Shown: piece by piece, positions 14,887 to 35,602 of the stretch
Layout: every line of letters begins with the position of its first letter
How positions within the stretch are numbered: position 1 is the stretch's first letter
DNA from: Blastocystis sp. Blastoise
Lineage: Eukaryota; Protista; Bigyra: Opalinata
NCBI GenBank assembly: GCA_039096225.1
Contig: JBBPEB010000015.1
Location: forward strand, 1,364,001-1,428,000
Reading direction: 5' to 3'
DNA length: 64,000 bases
Made by a program: the position numbers and the translations under genes
The notes under the pieces: model-generated
The model's input: only the letters and a program-made list of their open reading frames with translations
What the model was told of the DNA's origin: nothing
The model's database searches: none

Positions 14887-16691
14887 TCAGAGTAAATTAT
14901 CAGTAATATTTGATGTTTTTGTTTGACTTGTTTTAGATTTTTCATTCGAGGTACTTCTTTCCGTAGATTTTCTATCAATAGATTTCTTTTTGTATATAGT
15001 AATAGAAGGTGATTGTTGAGGTAATCGTTGACTACTAACAAACGGTGATTGATAAGAATTACGCAAAACAGACGATGTACCTTGATGGAATAAAATATTT
15101 GATTTTCTTGTTGAAGAGAGTTGAGCTAATAGTTTTTGTACTCCAGGAGTTTGCATAGGAGTCCTGAATATATTATAGAATTACAGTAAAATATAGAAGC
15201 TATTATATTGATTTAATATACATATTAATTATTTATTATATCAAGATAATCATACAATAAATAGTTCCTCTTTAACTGTATAATATATATATATATACTT
15301 TGCTGTTATCTGTGGAGAAGGTAAAGGAGTATTTCCTGATTTTAGTTTACCTAGAGAACTTCCAGGAACACGTTTCATCTTTTCATAGAGTTTTTGAGCT
15401 AGTTCTTCTCGTTTATCTGGTGCTGAGAGACGTACTTCTCGTTCTTTCCACCATTCCTTCTTCTTCTCATCCTGATCTATCTTATTATCTAATATTTGAG
15501 GTGTACTTCCTATTTCTCCCCATTGAACCATAGGTGTATAACCTTCATTTATTACGGATGGAGTTGAGATATATGTATATTCAGTAGAGGTAGTCATAGG
15601 ATCCGTAGAAGATATAGATGTAGAAGGTTGAGAAGTAGAAAGACTATTTTGAATAGCTGTAGTCAATGGTGAATCAATTACACTTTTATCAATAGAAGTT
15701 TTAGTTTGTGTTGCTAGATGTTTAGAAGGATCCATATAAGGTATACAAGAGTCAATATCAACTGTATCTACGGATATAGAAGGGAATCGTGTATTCTGTG
15801 GACAGACTACAGGAGCCTTATAATTCTTTGGTTTCTTTGGTACTTTGGATTGATCTTCTAGGCGAGGTAATTGACAGATTTCACGGGAATCTTCTAGTTT
15901 TGGAGGGAACATAAATGCATTCATTGGATGAGAATTCTCTTGATCTTTAATTAACTAATAAATTATCATAATATAATACCATTTTCATAATAAACATATA
16001 TATAACCTTAGAAAAAAAATAAGAATATACATACTAGTTTTTCTTCATCACTAAGTAATAATGATGAATCATTTTTATTACCATATAACCACCATAATTT
16101 CTTTTTCATTTCTTCATTTTCTTTCTGTTGAAGATCTTGGAATGACTGGTTATCTTCACTAATTACCATATTTTCAAATCCACTCAATGATATATTCTTT
16201 GGTACTTTTACTTCATTGTTATCCACATCATGGAGAATGTAATAATCTGGATTATCATTCTCATTACCTTTTTCTAATGATGCCATTTCATCAGGATCTT
16301 CTTCTATTTTTGATAGAATAGATTTTAGTTCTTCTGCATAATCAAATTCTTTATTCTCTAATGCACGATAATACTATATATATATATATAAATGAAAAAA
16401 TAATTATTAAAGTGAATTACTTACATCAGCTTTCAATCGTAATACTTTCAAATGAGGAAAGTAATCTCTTTCGATCAATTTTCCAAATGTATCTAAATAA
16501 CTATCTTCATCTAATACTGCTTTTCGTTTTTTTGAAGGAGGTGGAGGTGGCATTGATGTAGTTTCATTTTTATCTGTAGTTCTTGATGGCATGATGTGAA
16601 ATAAAGTAGGATCCTCCATCATTTTTAATGTATTAGGAGAAGGCATAGGTAATTTTCTTTTATGATCATTCTTATCACTCTTCTCTTCCAT
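14887..16691 (-). CDS. ESS2: Splicing factor ESS-2/DGCR14 homolog (multi-exon)
   Basis: KKRKAVLDEDSYLDTFGKLIERDYFPHL, SLSGF...SEDNQSFQDL, NAFMFPP, NTRF, TPMVQWGEIGSTPQIL and REELAQKL match the Es2/DGCR14 family pattern in the expected order. Confidence 0.9.
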
Positions 16692-17242
16692 TTTATTTAT
16701 ATCTAAATATTTTTTAAATCTTTATTCAATCAATATAATAACACGAGTTCAAAAATTTTGTATTTCATCGAAATTAAGAAAGAATCAGTCCTGGACTGAA
16801 TATTATCTATAATTATTTTGCTTTTTTTAAATAATTTTTTTATTTTATTTTTTATAAATGGGTGAATTGCATACTTTTTAATACTTATTAAATCTTCGAT
16901 GCTAATAAGATCGCATATATTATGAATATATGAATTAAAATAATGAAATTCTTTGCATTTACTTATGATTATTTATTGAATGGGTGAATTCGATATTTTT
17001 TTGTGATGAATTCTGCTTCAAAATATTTTTTATATTAGAAATATACGAATTAAGCAATCATCTCTTTTTCATTTTGATATAACAATAGAAGTTTTTCTTG
17101 AATCTCTTAAAAACGATAGTTCACTTTTCTATAAAGTCTTGGTTTGTTTACATATTGTTTAGAAGAACATAATAAACTTTAAAGATAATACTTACATAAA
17201 TTAATTGTAAAAACAAAACAAATTATAATGTAGATAAGCAAT

Positions 17243-17602
17243 TTATGTTTTTTTATAGGAATCCAATAAGTTGCAAGGACAGAATGGACATTTAAAATGT
17301 CCTTTTAGCCATCCATTAAGACATTCTATAAATAAAAATTAAAAATAAAGATATAACAAGAGTAATATAATAAAAAGTATATAGAGTATAAAGACTTACC
17401 TTGATGGAATAAATGATGACAGGGAAGAATATTGACAGAGTCCTCATCTTCATAATCATATTGACATATAAGACATAGATCTTTTGTTTCATTAGTCATT
17501 GTATTCTTTATTGATTTATACGTATACAATTCGAGTTTCTATTGAGAAGAAATATATATGAATAAGATATAAATAATAATATATATATATGAATAAGATA
17601 TA

Positions 17603-17647
<45 letters not shown>

Positions 17648-17753
17648 TAAGATATAAATAATAATATATATATATGAATAAAATACAAATAATAAAATAT
17701 ATATATATAAATAAGATACAGATAATTATATATATATATATAAATAAGATACA

Positions 17754-17791
<38 letters not shown>

Positions 17792-20045
17792 CATGAATAA
17801 AATCTTGCTGAATTTCTTTCCATTTATCGAGTTGAACATTTCCTTGAGATTTCTCAAACTCTTGTAATTGCTATAGAAATATACGTGATATATATAAGCT
17901 TTTAGATAGAGAAAGATGGAGTCTATAGAGAATATAAGTATACTTCATAGGTCATATTATCTACATCAATCATTTGATTAGGTATAGAATTGATGGTTGT
18001 TTCTATATTAACGTTTGTTTCATGATTATTGGATAATTCGTCGTTGTCAGAGTCCGAGATAGAGATTGGAGTGGCAGGTGCAGAGACATCCTAAGAAGAT
18101 AGAGGAGAATAAACTAGTCATTAATAAAAACTAATTATATAATCAGAATAATATATTTATAAATATTCATTAACTTACAGAGATCTGTAATGAATCATCC
18201 GACTGAGTATTAAACTCCAATAATATCGATTTTCCTATAGAATTAATATCATTATATTTGTCAAATAAATACATATATACTTTGTGTAGATACGTCACTA
18301 TCATCAAGATTAAGTTTCCTATATATATATTACAATGAAAATTATAATAATAAGAGATAATATGAATACCTTTGGCATTGTGTTTGGAGTGAAAAGTCAG
18401 TAGGTTTATGAGATACAGGAGTTGTGTTAAAAGAGTCAGAGAGTCGTCGAATAAGACTTTCTCCCTCTGAAGGTGATGATTGTAGATTAAGACGTTGAAT
18501 ATGAAGAGTAGAATCATCTTTAGGCGAAGAGAGATCAATAGATCCTGCAGATCTCTTAAATACAGATGTACGTTGAATATGACGCATAGAAGGAACTACA
18601 GTAGGTGTAGATGGAGGAGATGGTGTATGACATAACTCTATAGAATGAGTAACTGATGGAGACTCAGGAGATACTGGAAACAAACTACGAGATATCGACA
18701 TAGTGTCTAATGGATCTATATATATAGATAGAGATATAGATATATGAAATTGTAAAATACACATAATAAATGATATAGTGAATAAAAAATAATTAATTAA
18801 TAATATAGTGAAATAAAAATAAATCATAATTAGTTATAATAAGAATAAATCATAATAAGATATAATGAAAATAAAAAAAAATATATATATATATATAATA
18901 TACTTTCAGAATCATGATTAATAAATTGTTTTGTCATAGATTTATATTTCGAGAGTTGTAATGTTTTATCCTTATGTTGTTGCCTTAAGATAGCTTCATC
19001 TATATCTAATAAATGCTGATGAGTTTCTGGACTACAATGAACGGAATTATCTTCTTCTTCTTCTTCTTTAATTGGACTATATAAAGAATTGAAAACTCGT
19101 TTTCGTTGATTTTCTGCAGATAATGATAATAAAGAAGATGTAGAACGTTTTGAAGAAATATTTTGAGGCGTTTTTGTAAGTATATCTGAAGAACTTGTAG
19201 ACGATTGTATTTCAGGAATTTTGGCTGAAGAAGAAGTTGACAGAATTGAATTATTATGCTTATCATAATTTATATGACAATTCGATAAAATAGAAACCTT
19301 TTTCTCTTTCTCTAGAGTTGAACATTTCTCTTTATATGTACTAATTGATTCAGTTAACTGAGAATTCAGTATCTAAATAAAGAATTATCAAGAAAATATA
19401 GAAATATCAAGTTTTATCAAGAATTATTGAAAATACATAGAATAATTATAAAGAATTATCAAAAAAAAAAGAATAATTATCAAAAATATATAGAATAATT
19501 AATAAAAAGTAACAAAAACAAAGAATAATTATTATTAAAAATAAAAAATATAGAGAATAATAAAAAAAAATATCAAAAATTATCAAAAGAAAATGAAGAA
19601 TACTGTAAGATTATCAATTTCCTCATATAATTGTTTAATCGTAACTTTGAGAGACTCAATAGTTTCTTTTTGTCTGACAATTGTCTGTTCATTATCTATA
19701 ATTTGTTGACTTTTCACTTCATTATCACGTTCTGTAGATATTAGACTTCGATTTAAAGACTCAATCTTTATATTATATCTCGAAATAAATAATGATTGAC
19801 TAAAAAAACATACTTGCTTCTCAAATACAGATATTTTTTCTATATGAGAGAGTTCTTCGAACTTTGAATACTCTTTAGCGTCCGCTGGTATTCGTTTTTT
19901 TATTGGTGCCTTAATGGCCGTCAAAGACTTTTGAATTCCTATATGAAAAATGCAATTAAAATATATTTATCAAGTTTATATCAAGATTATACATACCAAA
20001 AGTACGATTTCGCTCAAAATTAGGAGTTTGATATGACTGATTCAT
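17243..20045 (-). CDS. Coiled-coil, Ser-rich protein with a C-terminal RING-H2 domain (putative E3 ubiquitin ligase)
   Basis: Exons can be joined from ATG 20045 (MNQSYQTPNF) through the 19.9-18.0 kb exons. DVDNMTYE motif at ~17945-17970, then CLICQYDYEDEDSVNILPCHHLFHQ|ECLNGWLKGHFKCPFC; TAA at 17245-17243. Confidence 0.75.
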
Positions 20046-21334
20046 TAATTGATTTCAAATTCTTGCACTTTAGTTTTGGGATTTATCTTTAGTATTGTTT
20101 GTGATTCTTTCGCTATTAATTATATAGTAAAAACAATAATAATCAATGAAAAATATATAATTTCAAAAAATTGACAATACACGTTGTCAAGAAGGCATAA
20201 AAACGACCTTAGGATGGAAAAAGAACGCTCAATCTAAATGCATAGATAATTCTTTGTATTTGATCTTCAGAACTCCTTTATTTTTTGTTTTCAATATAAT
20301 TATTTATATTAAAATATTATTTAAGATGATCATACTCAACAAATATAGATCAATAATAATAGTTGAGAAAAATGATCATCTTTAATCATTTTTTTCTTTA
20401 TTTTCATTTCCAATATATATTCATATTCTTTATTCATCGAATCATAAATAATTCATGACATAAAAAAGCAATATTCTTAGAAATGTCAATAATAAAAAAT
20501 TTCTATAACTTCATTTTATCACTTTAAATAATTCATTAGTTCAAAAATAAATAAGATTTGATAATTATTTGATAAAATTATTCATTAAACAAATAAATCT
20601 CGCCTTTCACCAAATAATTAGTATTAAATGTTGTTTTTTTATTGTATGACATATCCTAAGGTGATTATGAATGAGCTCTATATTGAAAGGAAATCATTTC
20701 GAGACTGTATATGTAGACAAATTGTTTCATTCTTATTAAGATTACTCTAACCTATATGTTGTGTCATTCAACTAATGTTTCGATTAGAACTCATTATTTA
20801 TGTTCTAGAAACAATAAAGAGATACTAATATTTCTTTCAATGACAAAACGAAAATCAGTACGATTCTATAAATCTTATTTTTTCTCATTCATTCTCTTTC
20901 TGTTGTATCAATTTTATACTATTAAATTCATTTTGTGCAATATACTAATAAAAAATTTAAAAAAAACAATAAACAATTAACTCATCGTTTTGTTACCGTG
21001 AATATATCAGTATATATACTCAAATAAATATAATTTTTATAAATAAATAAACAATCACATTTAAAATCTTTTCAAAACATTCGTTTTAGAAAAAAATGAA
21101 AATCAGCCAATGTTTTCTAATATTCCCATGAGAATTCAGATTTCTATTGTGTTTTGCCCAATTTAGGCACTTTCTCGGCTCTTTCCTTTGATACAGAGGA
21201 AATCTATTTATTAAATGATAAATCATTCATACTTCCTTGAGAACGTATATATTTTGTCTATAATTTTTCTCAACATCATAAAAACATCTATTTAGGAATA
21301 TTTATTGAATTTCTCTGATAAGAATTAGAATATC

Positions 21335-25073
<3,739 letters not shown>

Positions 25074-25583
25074 CTCTTTTCTTTTTTATCATTTAGTTTT
25101 TTATTAGTGTATATATATTATATATGTTAACTTCTTTTTTTCTTTTTTTGAAGTGCTATATACTGTCATGCTTCCGTTTGTTTATTTTTTTATATCACTT
25201 TTTCAGTCTGTAATAATATTATATATCCTTTTTTATTGCTTTCTTTGTTTAGAATAATCATATATCATTCATAGTATATAATTTGTTAGCTTATATAAAT
25301 TATCTTTAAAAGCACAATATGCAACAAAACACATAAATTATTAACTGAATGAGCCTATTTATAAACAAAAGTATAAAATAGATATATATATATAGTAATT
25401 AGAACAAAAGATCAATAAAAAAGAAATACATGTTATTGGTTTATTAATGATTGTGATAAAATATAAATATTCATAAAAGATAATCAAAATGTATATAAAA
25501 TAATACAAATATTAAAAAAAAAAATAAAAACTAAATTTAAAAAAATAAAACAAAACAGAGAGAAAGAAGAAGAAAGATGATCA

Positions 25584-28973
<3,390 letters not shown>

Positions 28974-31676
28974 ATAGAATAAATGATAAAATCCTTTTAT
29001 ATACTATTATCCATTTGTCATTATTACCCATGGAATGAAACTGTATACATATTTTTTCTATAAGAAGATTGTTGAAATTGTCTGAAAAAAATAAAACACT
29101 CTTTTTATTGTTGATTTATACCCAGATAAATAATATTGTAGTTAAATACGCCTTAGAACTAGTATATAAGTCATATCACACATTTTTTTGACTTTTCAAA
29201 AGAAATTATTGTCTACAAAAATGGTGAAAATTTGTAAATAGACCAAATAAAGATTGTTCTAGATTTTTTATGAAACAGTTAATATATATGAATTGATAAA
29301 TATTTAAATTATATTAATATACAAAATAAAATGATATAATAACAAATCTGAAAAAAAATCAGACATGTTAAAAACAAGTGTTTTTTCATAAAAAAAACAC
29401 AAAAAAAAAGTTGACTGCAAATCCACAAACAAAGATATGACACCCAATCGTATTATTCGTGATTATTTCTTGAATCTTAAAAGACTTCTTTTAGATAAAC
29501 TTGTCTTTAAACTGCATAAGACTCCTTCAAATGTTTTATCCTTTATAAACGATGAAATCAAGAATGAATTATAAAACATATTATCAAAAAATTCAGTAAG
29601 TTTTATACAATCTATAGAGTACTTCATCATTTCTCGTTTCATTTCGAATATATTATTTGCTTAATCCTATTTTTAATACGTTATTGTATCAAAGGAAATA
29701 TTTTTAAATGAAAATATTAACTAGTTTACCCCGTATTTGATCTTTTTTGAAATTTTATTTCAAAAATCTAGGTTTATATCTTGTTAACACATTCTCTATA
29801 TTATAGTATATATATTGAAAATAAAATAAACTGGTTATAATCAGATATTGATTACTCAAGAAACTTAAATCTAGCGGAATAATCAGTTAGATGTATGTAT
29901 AGTGATCAATAACATTTGTTTATCATTTCTTTTTATAATAATTTCTTTTGAATCTAATTTTATTACATATTATCAAGTTAATTATTGAATTTTTCTTATA
30001 ATAAAGATAATTAAATGTATAGATATTTCTATCATTCATTATTAATTCAAATGATGTTTTAAAGAACGAGTCAAACCAATAGAAGAATAGCAAATTGTCA
30101 ATGACACTAATAGTATTCAAACTATTTATTAAATAACGATTAGTAAAGACCATGAAGATGAATCTTTTATTCATCAATCTATTCTTATCAATTTTTCTGT
30201 ATTCCTAATATATATATACATAAAGTCCAGTATATAATAATAACCTAAACTACAAGTGTTTTAACAACATTATTTGTCTATATCATATATAATGTCATTT
30301 ATTTTGTTTTTTCAAACTAAAGAATTTTTTTTACTTTTCATATTTATATTCAACTGACAACTATATTATTTGTCTATACACAGTTTACTAGAAACCAATT
30401 TATTCTGGTCTCACAACCATTTCAAAAACCAATATTTTTAAAAATCCAGAAATTTTTGCATCTAGCTGTTTTATCTTAAATAAATGTTTCTAAAAAACTA
30501 TTTCATATACGAAATCATATCGTATTTTAACACAATTTACACATTACAATTATTAATATTCATCTTTATGAACAATCACTTTTATACTTTTTTCTTATTA
30601 AATACATGACACAATTTTTCAACCTTTTATTGGACCTTATAACTTTGAATTCATGTCTTTCATCCATAAAATGTTTTCAATAAAAGTCTGAAAAATACTA
30701 TTTATTCGCTCTAAATAACAATATTTTGTGATTAACTTGTTTTATTATCTTAATTGTTAAACAATCTTTAATAGAAACACCGTTATATGTTAAACACATA
30801 TATGTGAAGAAATATGAAAACAATAAGATATTGATGTTATTTGCTTCTAATTGTTAGAAAAAAAATGTTTTAAACTCAGTTATACTCATAATTTTTTTAT
30901 AATCAGTTTCTGCTTAAACAAAAATAGCACTAGTGTCATATTGTTTGAACATTTTTCATAAACCTTTTTGAATATAAATTTTTTTTTTTTATATTTATTA
31001 AATGGTAAAAAATATTTATATTTCGAATTTTCTTATATTACATTTTCTATCACCCACAATTACTAACCCTAAGTTTTTAAAATAACAACATTATCTAATG
31101 TAATTTAGAGTGAATCAGTATTTGGACTAGTACGACATTATTGTTAAAAAACCATGATAAACTACGAAAATTACAAAAATGAATTTCACAATTTTTCCAA
31201 TAGAAAACTATATAAATATTAGGTCAATTGAGAGAATTACAAACAAATTTTAGGAAAATAATACAACGAGAATGATTAATCTAAATCTTCTGAAAATACG
31301 ATCAATCTCAAATAGTATTATCAAACTCAAATAATACAGTCAAATCAATTGATTCATATCAAAATCAAACAATAGATGTTTTTTTTAATAGAACGAGTTT
31401 GATCAAGAAAAAAGTGTAACATTTGATTTTATTTGATTTCAATCAAATTGATTGATTCATATAAAAACGATTATTACAAATAAAAATATCAAACAAAGAA
31501 TTTTGTAAATATGATTGAAATCATTCAAAGTCAAATACATTAAATAATTTGTTTATCATTGTCAAAAACAAAACACATAAATATTTATATATATATTATA
31601 AAGAATAAGAATAAAATATATAAAACATATTAAATAAACAAGTGAAATGATAAAAATTAATTAATTAAATAAAGTA

Positions 31677-32100
31677 CTAATTAACAGGACCAGAAAGAAT
31701 TGAATCTTGACTGTCATTCCAAAAAGTGGATGGAATAACAGGAGAAGAAGATCTACTTCTAGGAATATTCGTAGATAATCCCATATTTCTTAAATATTGA
31801 TGTTGAGCTTCTAAATGATTTTGAGATTGTCTTCCATTTGCTTGCTTCATTTCATTAAGAAATGCTTTATAAATTACACACTCATTTTCTCTTAATGGAC
31901 TACTTTCAATTGTTGAATTTGTTAGAAAAACTAATCCTTTTATGTAATCGTAATATGTATCCTGTTTCATTTCGAATCTTTGAGAAGTTGGCCAGACTAT
32001 TTTGCGCAATTAATTTTCACGCTTCATTGGCGATAAAGTCAGACCAGAAAATGATCATTTTTTTCCACTGATAAATTCGAGAATTTCACGATTATTTCTA
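31677..32100 (-). pseudogene. Degenerate reading frame of unknown origin beside the hAT left end
   Basis: The 110-aa ORF 31677-32009 has coding-like composition and extends upstream in the same frame through two stops (NYRNNREILEFISGKK*SFSGLTLSPMKREN*LRKIVW). Confidence 0.35.
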
Positions 32101-32167
32101 TAGTTTGAACCGAAACAGAATTATTTCTAAAAAAGTTGGTACCAACTAAGAATTTTTCTTAGGATAA

Positions 32168-35123
32168 TAGAGCGGTTCAAAAGTTGTGACAAATCGAGTT
32201 GCGACAAATTTCACAACTTGTCGCAACTTGTCGCAATTTGTCGCAACTTTTTAAACCACGAATAATGGCGAGAGTCCCGCGATTATTTTATTAATTTGGC
32301 AACTAAAAAAGACTTGTTTAAACAAAGAATTCAGTATCGCAATTTGTCACAACTTTGTCACAACTTTTCATTTAAACACATTTAGACCTATTCTGTATAA
32401 ATAGAAAATATGATAATTCATGAAATCCATAGTGGTGAATATAATAAGCATCAATCATTATTTAAATACTTAGTTTAAACAAAGAAAAGCATTAAAAATA
32501 CTTTTTAAAAAATCATGAATATTTTTTTTACAGTCAAAAAAATGAAATATTCACGGGACATTATTAATTTTCAGTCATTTTAAAATGTATAAATAATTGA
32601 AAGAAATCATCTCATTTTCATTAATTTATATTTCTATATAAATCGTTCTTTCAATATAGATTCATTCATCTATTCATAAAGTCTTCTTTAATACTCATTT
32701 CTATCAATAAAATATCATTCTAAGAATCAAAAGAAGTATATATATGTATTCATCATTCTTAGTTATCTTTAGATATAGTTAAAAAAACAATGAAACAATC
32801 TAATAATCATAAATTGAAAAGAAAAGAAAAGAAGAAGTCTTCATCTACTAAGAAAAATGAGAATGTTAGAACGAGAATCTACAAAATGAATCCAATAAGT
32901 CGTTTAACAAAAATAAAATTATCATCCACTATGAATGAAGAAGAAAGAAATGTTTTATATCAAAGAATAATAATCTTCGTTGTATTTATTGTAATTGTAT
33001 TGTAGATCATAAAAGATTATCTTCTATTAATAAACATCTCAATACTGATATGCATATTTCTAATATGAATGCATTCATGAAAGAAAAGTCTGCTACTGTA
33101 TCTTCTGTAAAGAAAACTAATATTAAAAATAGAATTATTGAATCTAATGTGAATTATATAAGATTTGAAAAATTAATAGAATTATTCTTAGAAGAATGTA
33201 TTCCTATTAATAAATTCAAGAAACCTCAATTTAGAATGAAATTGAAAAATATATTTGAAATGAATAATAATAATATGCCATGTTATAATACTATTCAAAA
33301 ACGAATTATACCTAAATTATATGATGAACGTATTCAATATGTAAAAATGAATTTAGATAAATGTTCTCTAGCTGTTCTATGTGATTCTTCTACTTCAGAT
33401 GCTGGTTCTAATTATTTATCAATAATCGTAAGAAGATTGAATTCTTTCAATTTGAATGAACCTTTCTACTTAATAAACTTGAAAAGAATGGAAAATCAAA
33501 AATCAAATAATTTTCTTTCAATCATTCAAGATACATTAGAAGAATGGAATATTAAGAGAAAACAATTTAAATCGTTTCATACAGATAACTGTAATACTAT
33601 GCGAAATGCTGGTAATAATTATGAATCGATTTTTTGTGATGGAATTTATTGTGGATGTTTTATGCATATGATTAATCTAGTAGCTGAAAAACTAAAAGAT
33701 GGTTTTATTAATACAAAATCATTTATTAATCTCATTAATTCATCATTTCGTTTCTTTAGAAAGAAAAATGATTTATGGTTATCCTTTCTAAAGATAAATA
33801 ATCTTCCTTCGTCTTCTTTCTTTTCTTATGTCGAAACACGATGGATATCTTGGTATAAATCATTAAGATATATTTTGAAACATTTTAAATATTTGAAATC
33901 ATTCTATGAATATTTAGAAACATTGGATATGTTAAGTGAAAAAGATAAAGAAATATTGAATATTCTTGAAAATAATCAATTATCTTCTTCTTTACAAATC
34001 GAAATGTCGATTCTCTTGAAGAGTGGGATAATGTTTGAAGAAATATTAAAATTATTATCAAATGATAATTTTCAATGTTGTAATGTTTCTAGTTTGATAG
34101 ATGAAATTGAAGAAGAATTGAAGAATTCAAAAGATAATATAATTATGATAGTGAATGAAATATGTGAAGAAAATAATTTATCAAATGTTCAATCTTCATT
34201 TATTCAAGAATATAAGAAAAGTATATTTATTATTTATTATTTATTTATATTATATAGGTTTTACGAATACATTATTAAAATTGAAAGAAATCAAAACAAT
34301 GAATAAGAAACAAATGATATTTTATAATGAAGTAAAATATTTCAATCCTTTCTTGATGTCTTCTTCATTTCCTTCTTTCACTTCATCTGAATTTTTAGAT
34401 ATAGAAAAGAAAGATTATTTATTATGTGTTTCAAAATTGAAAGATTTTATAGATAATGAGAAGAAATAAAATGAATGTTTTCCTCAAAATATGATAAGTA
34501 AAGAACAAATGATAAAATTCTATTTTCCTCTTCTTAAACAAATTTCTTCTTTTTCTAAAATAATTCCTTTCATTCTTCAATTACCTTCTACTACTGTTAG
34601 TGTAGAAAGATCTTTCTCTTTTATGAATATTTTATTTACAAAGAATAAATTTGGTTATTCTGATGATAATTTGTTTAGAGATTTATTTTTCTATATGAAT
34701 CCACAAATAGATAATGTTTTCAATTCAAAATGATTCAATGATTATTGAAGATGAAATAGATACTACAATTGATGATTCTTCAATGACAATTATAGATGAT
34801 AATGAATCAATAACAAATGAAAGTGAAAATGACGATTTTAATTCTAATTTCAATTCAAATAGTGTTTTATCTGATTCTCTTGATGATATTTTATCAATTT
34901 CTTTTGATAATTTATCTACTTTTAGTAATGTTTCAGAAATCAATCTTGATTAATATTTTTCTTCAATTATTTATAATTTATATTTTATATGTTTTATTTA
35001 TGTTTTCTTTATTAAAAATTTGTTTTGTTTATAAAAATAATGTTTAAAATGTGTCGCAACTTGTCGCAACTTTTTCGTAACTTTTGTCACAACTTGATTT
35101 GTCGCAACTTTTGAACCGCTCTA
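32168..35123 (+). mobile_element. hAT-superfamily DNA transposon (CGGBP1-like transposase) with 41-bp TIRs; a second partial right end reaches 35197
   Basis: Left TIR 32168-32208 (TAGAGCGGTTCAAAAGTTGTGACAAATCGAGTTGCGACAAA) matches the reverse complement of 35083-35123 at 38/41. Many subterminal TTGTCRCAA repeats at both ends. No matching 8-bp TSD found. Confidence 0.9.
32790..34953 (+). pseudogene. Disrupted hAT transposase
   Basis: CGGBP1-type finger LRCIYCNCIVDHKRLSSINKHLNTDMH; catalytic D (VLCDSS), D (FHTDN), CxxH (CFMH), TRW, and dimerization motif LPSTTVSVERSFS. Frameshift near 32960, intron 34221-34257, in-frame TAA 34467-34469, and a probable frameshift before the acidic tail. Confidence 0.85.
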
Positions 35124-35313
35124 GTTTTCTTTATTAAAAATTTGTTTTGTTTATAAAAAAATGTTTTTAAAAATGTCGCAACTTTTGAACCACTCTACTG
35201 TTTATACATTTTTATCTGATGGATTAAAAAGAAATATTTCAGAGGATTACTTTTATTTTTAGATATACAAGAGTGTTTATGGTATTTAATTCATTTACAA
35301 GTACTAGGGTCAC

Positions 35314-35350
35314 GCCGCAGGTCCGGGGCCTAACGGCACCGGACCGCGGC
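35314..35350 (-). terminator. Helitron A 3' subterminal hairpin (rolling-circle termination signal)
   Basis: Minus strand GCCGC-GGTCCGGTGCC-GTTA-GGCCCCGGACC-T-GCGGC, followed by GTGACC-CTAG|T. Confidence 0.9.
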
Positions 35351-35532
35351 TGCAATGAATAATAAGTGTTTGGTTTTTATACAATTTCTTTCCTTATTAT
35401 CTATAATATATTATATATTATATATTATATATTATATATTATATAATATGTATTATTTATTAAATATTATCTATTAGATGTTACTTATTATATATAATAT
35501 ATTATATATATTATACATTATTTTAATAAAAC

Positions 35533-35602
35533 TTCTTATACTCTATATGGAGAGTAACAATCATTTATTGATTGTTATCAGGTTCAATTCCTGATATAAG
35601 AA
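35533..35602 (+). ncRNA. tRNA-like cloverleaf element, copy 1 (Helitron A 3' region)
   Basis: TTCTTATA/TATAAGAA closing stem; CTCT-ATATGG-AGAG arm; TAACAATC-ATTTATT-GATTGTTA arm; TCAGG-TTCAATT-CCTGA T-arm. Confidence 0.7.

Noticed and set aside
20171-20190. Inverted repeat TTGACAA-N6-TTGTCAA upstream of the RING gene
   Set aside because: A single short occurrence in AT-rich DNA with no second copy to support function.
29200-31650. 2.4-kb gene-free stretch including ORF 29923-30177
   Set aside because: No splice pattern, repeat, terminus or recognisable motif that I could support; the ORF has non-coding composition.
34467-34469. In-frame TAA/TAG codons in transposon genes suggesting stop-codon reassignment
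   Set aside because: Host genes end in TAA/TGA, multi-kb exons have no internal stops, and the affected hAT gene also has frameshifts. Ordinary decay explains them.
35563-35569. The copy-1 cloverleaf loop ATTTATT has a central TTA, which would be an ochre-suppressor anticodon able to read through TAA stops in the decayed elements
   Set aside because: The other copies have 6- and 5-nt loops with different sequence, the arm is 8-9 bp, position 37 is not a purine and the U8-N9 linker is absent, so decoding is unlikely.
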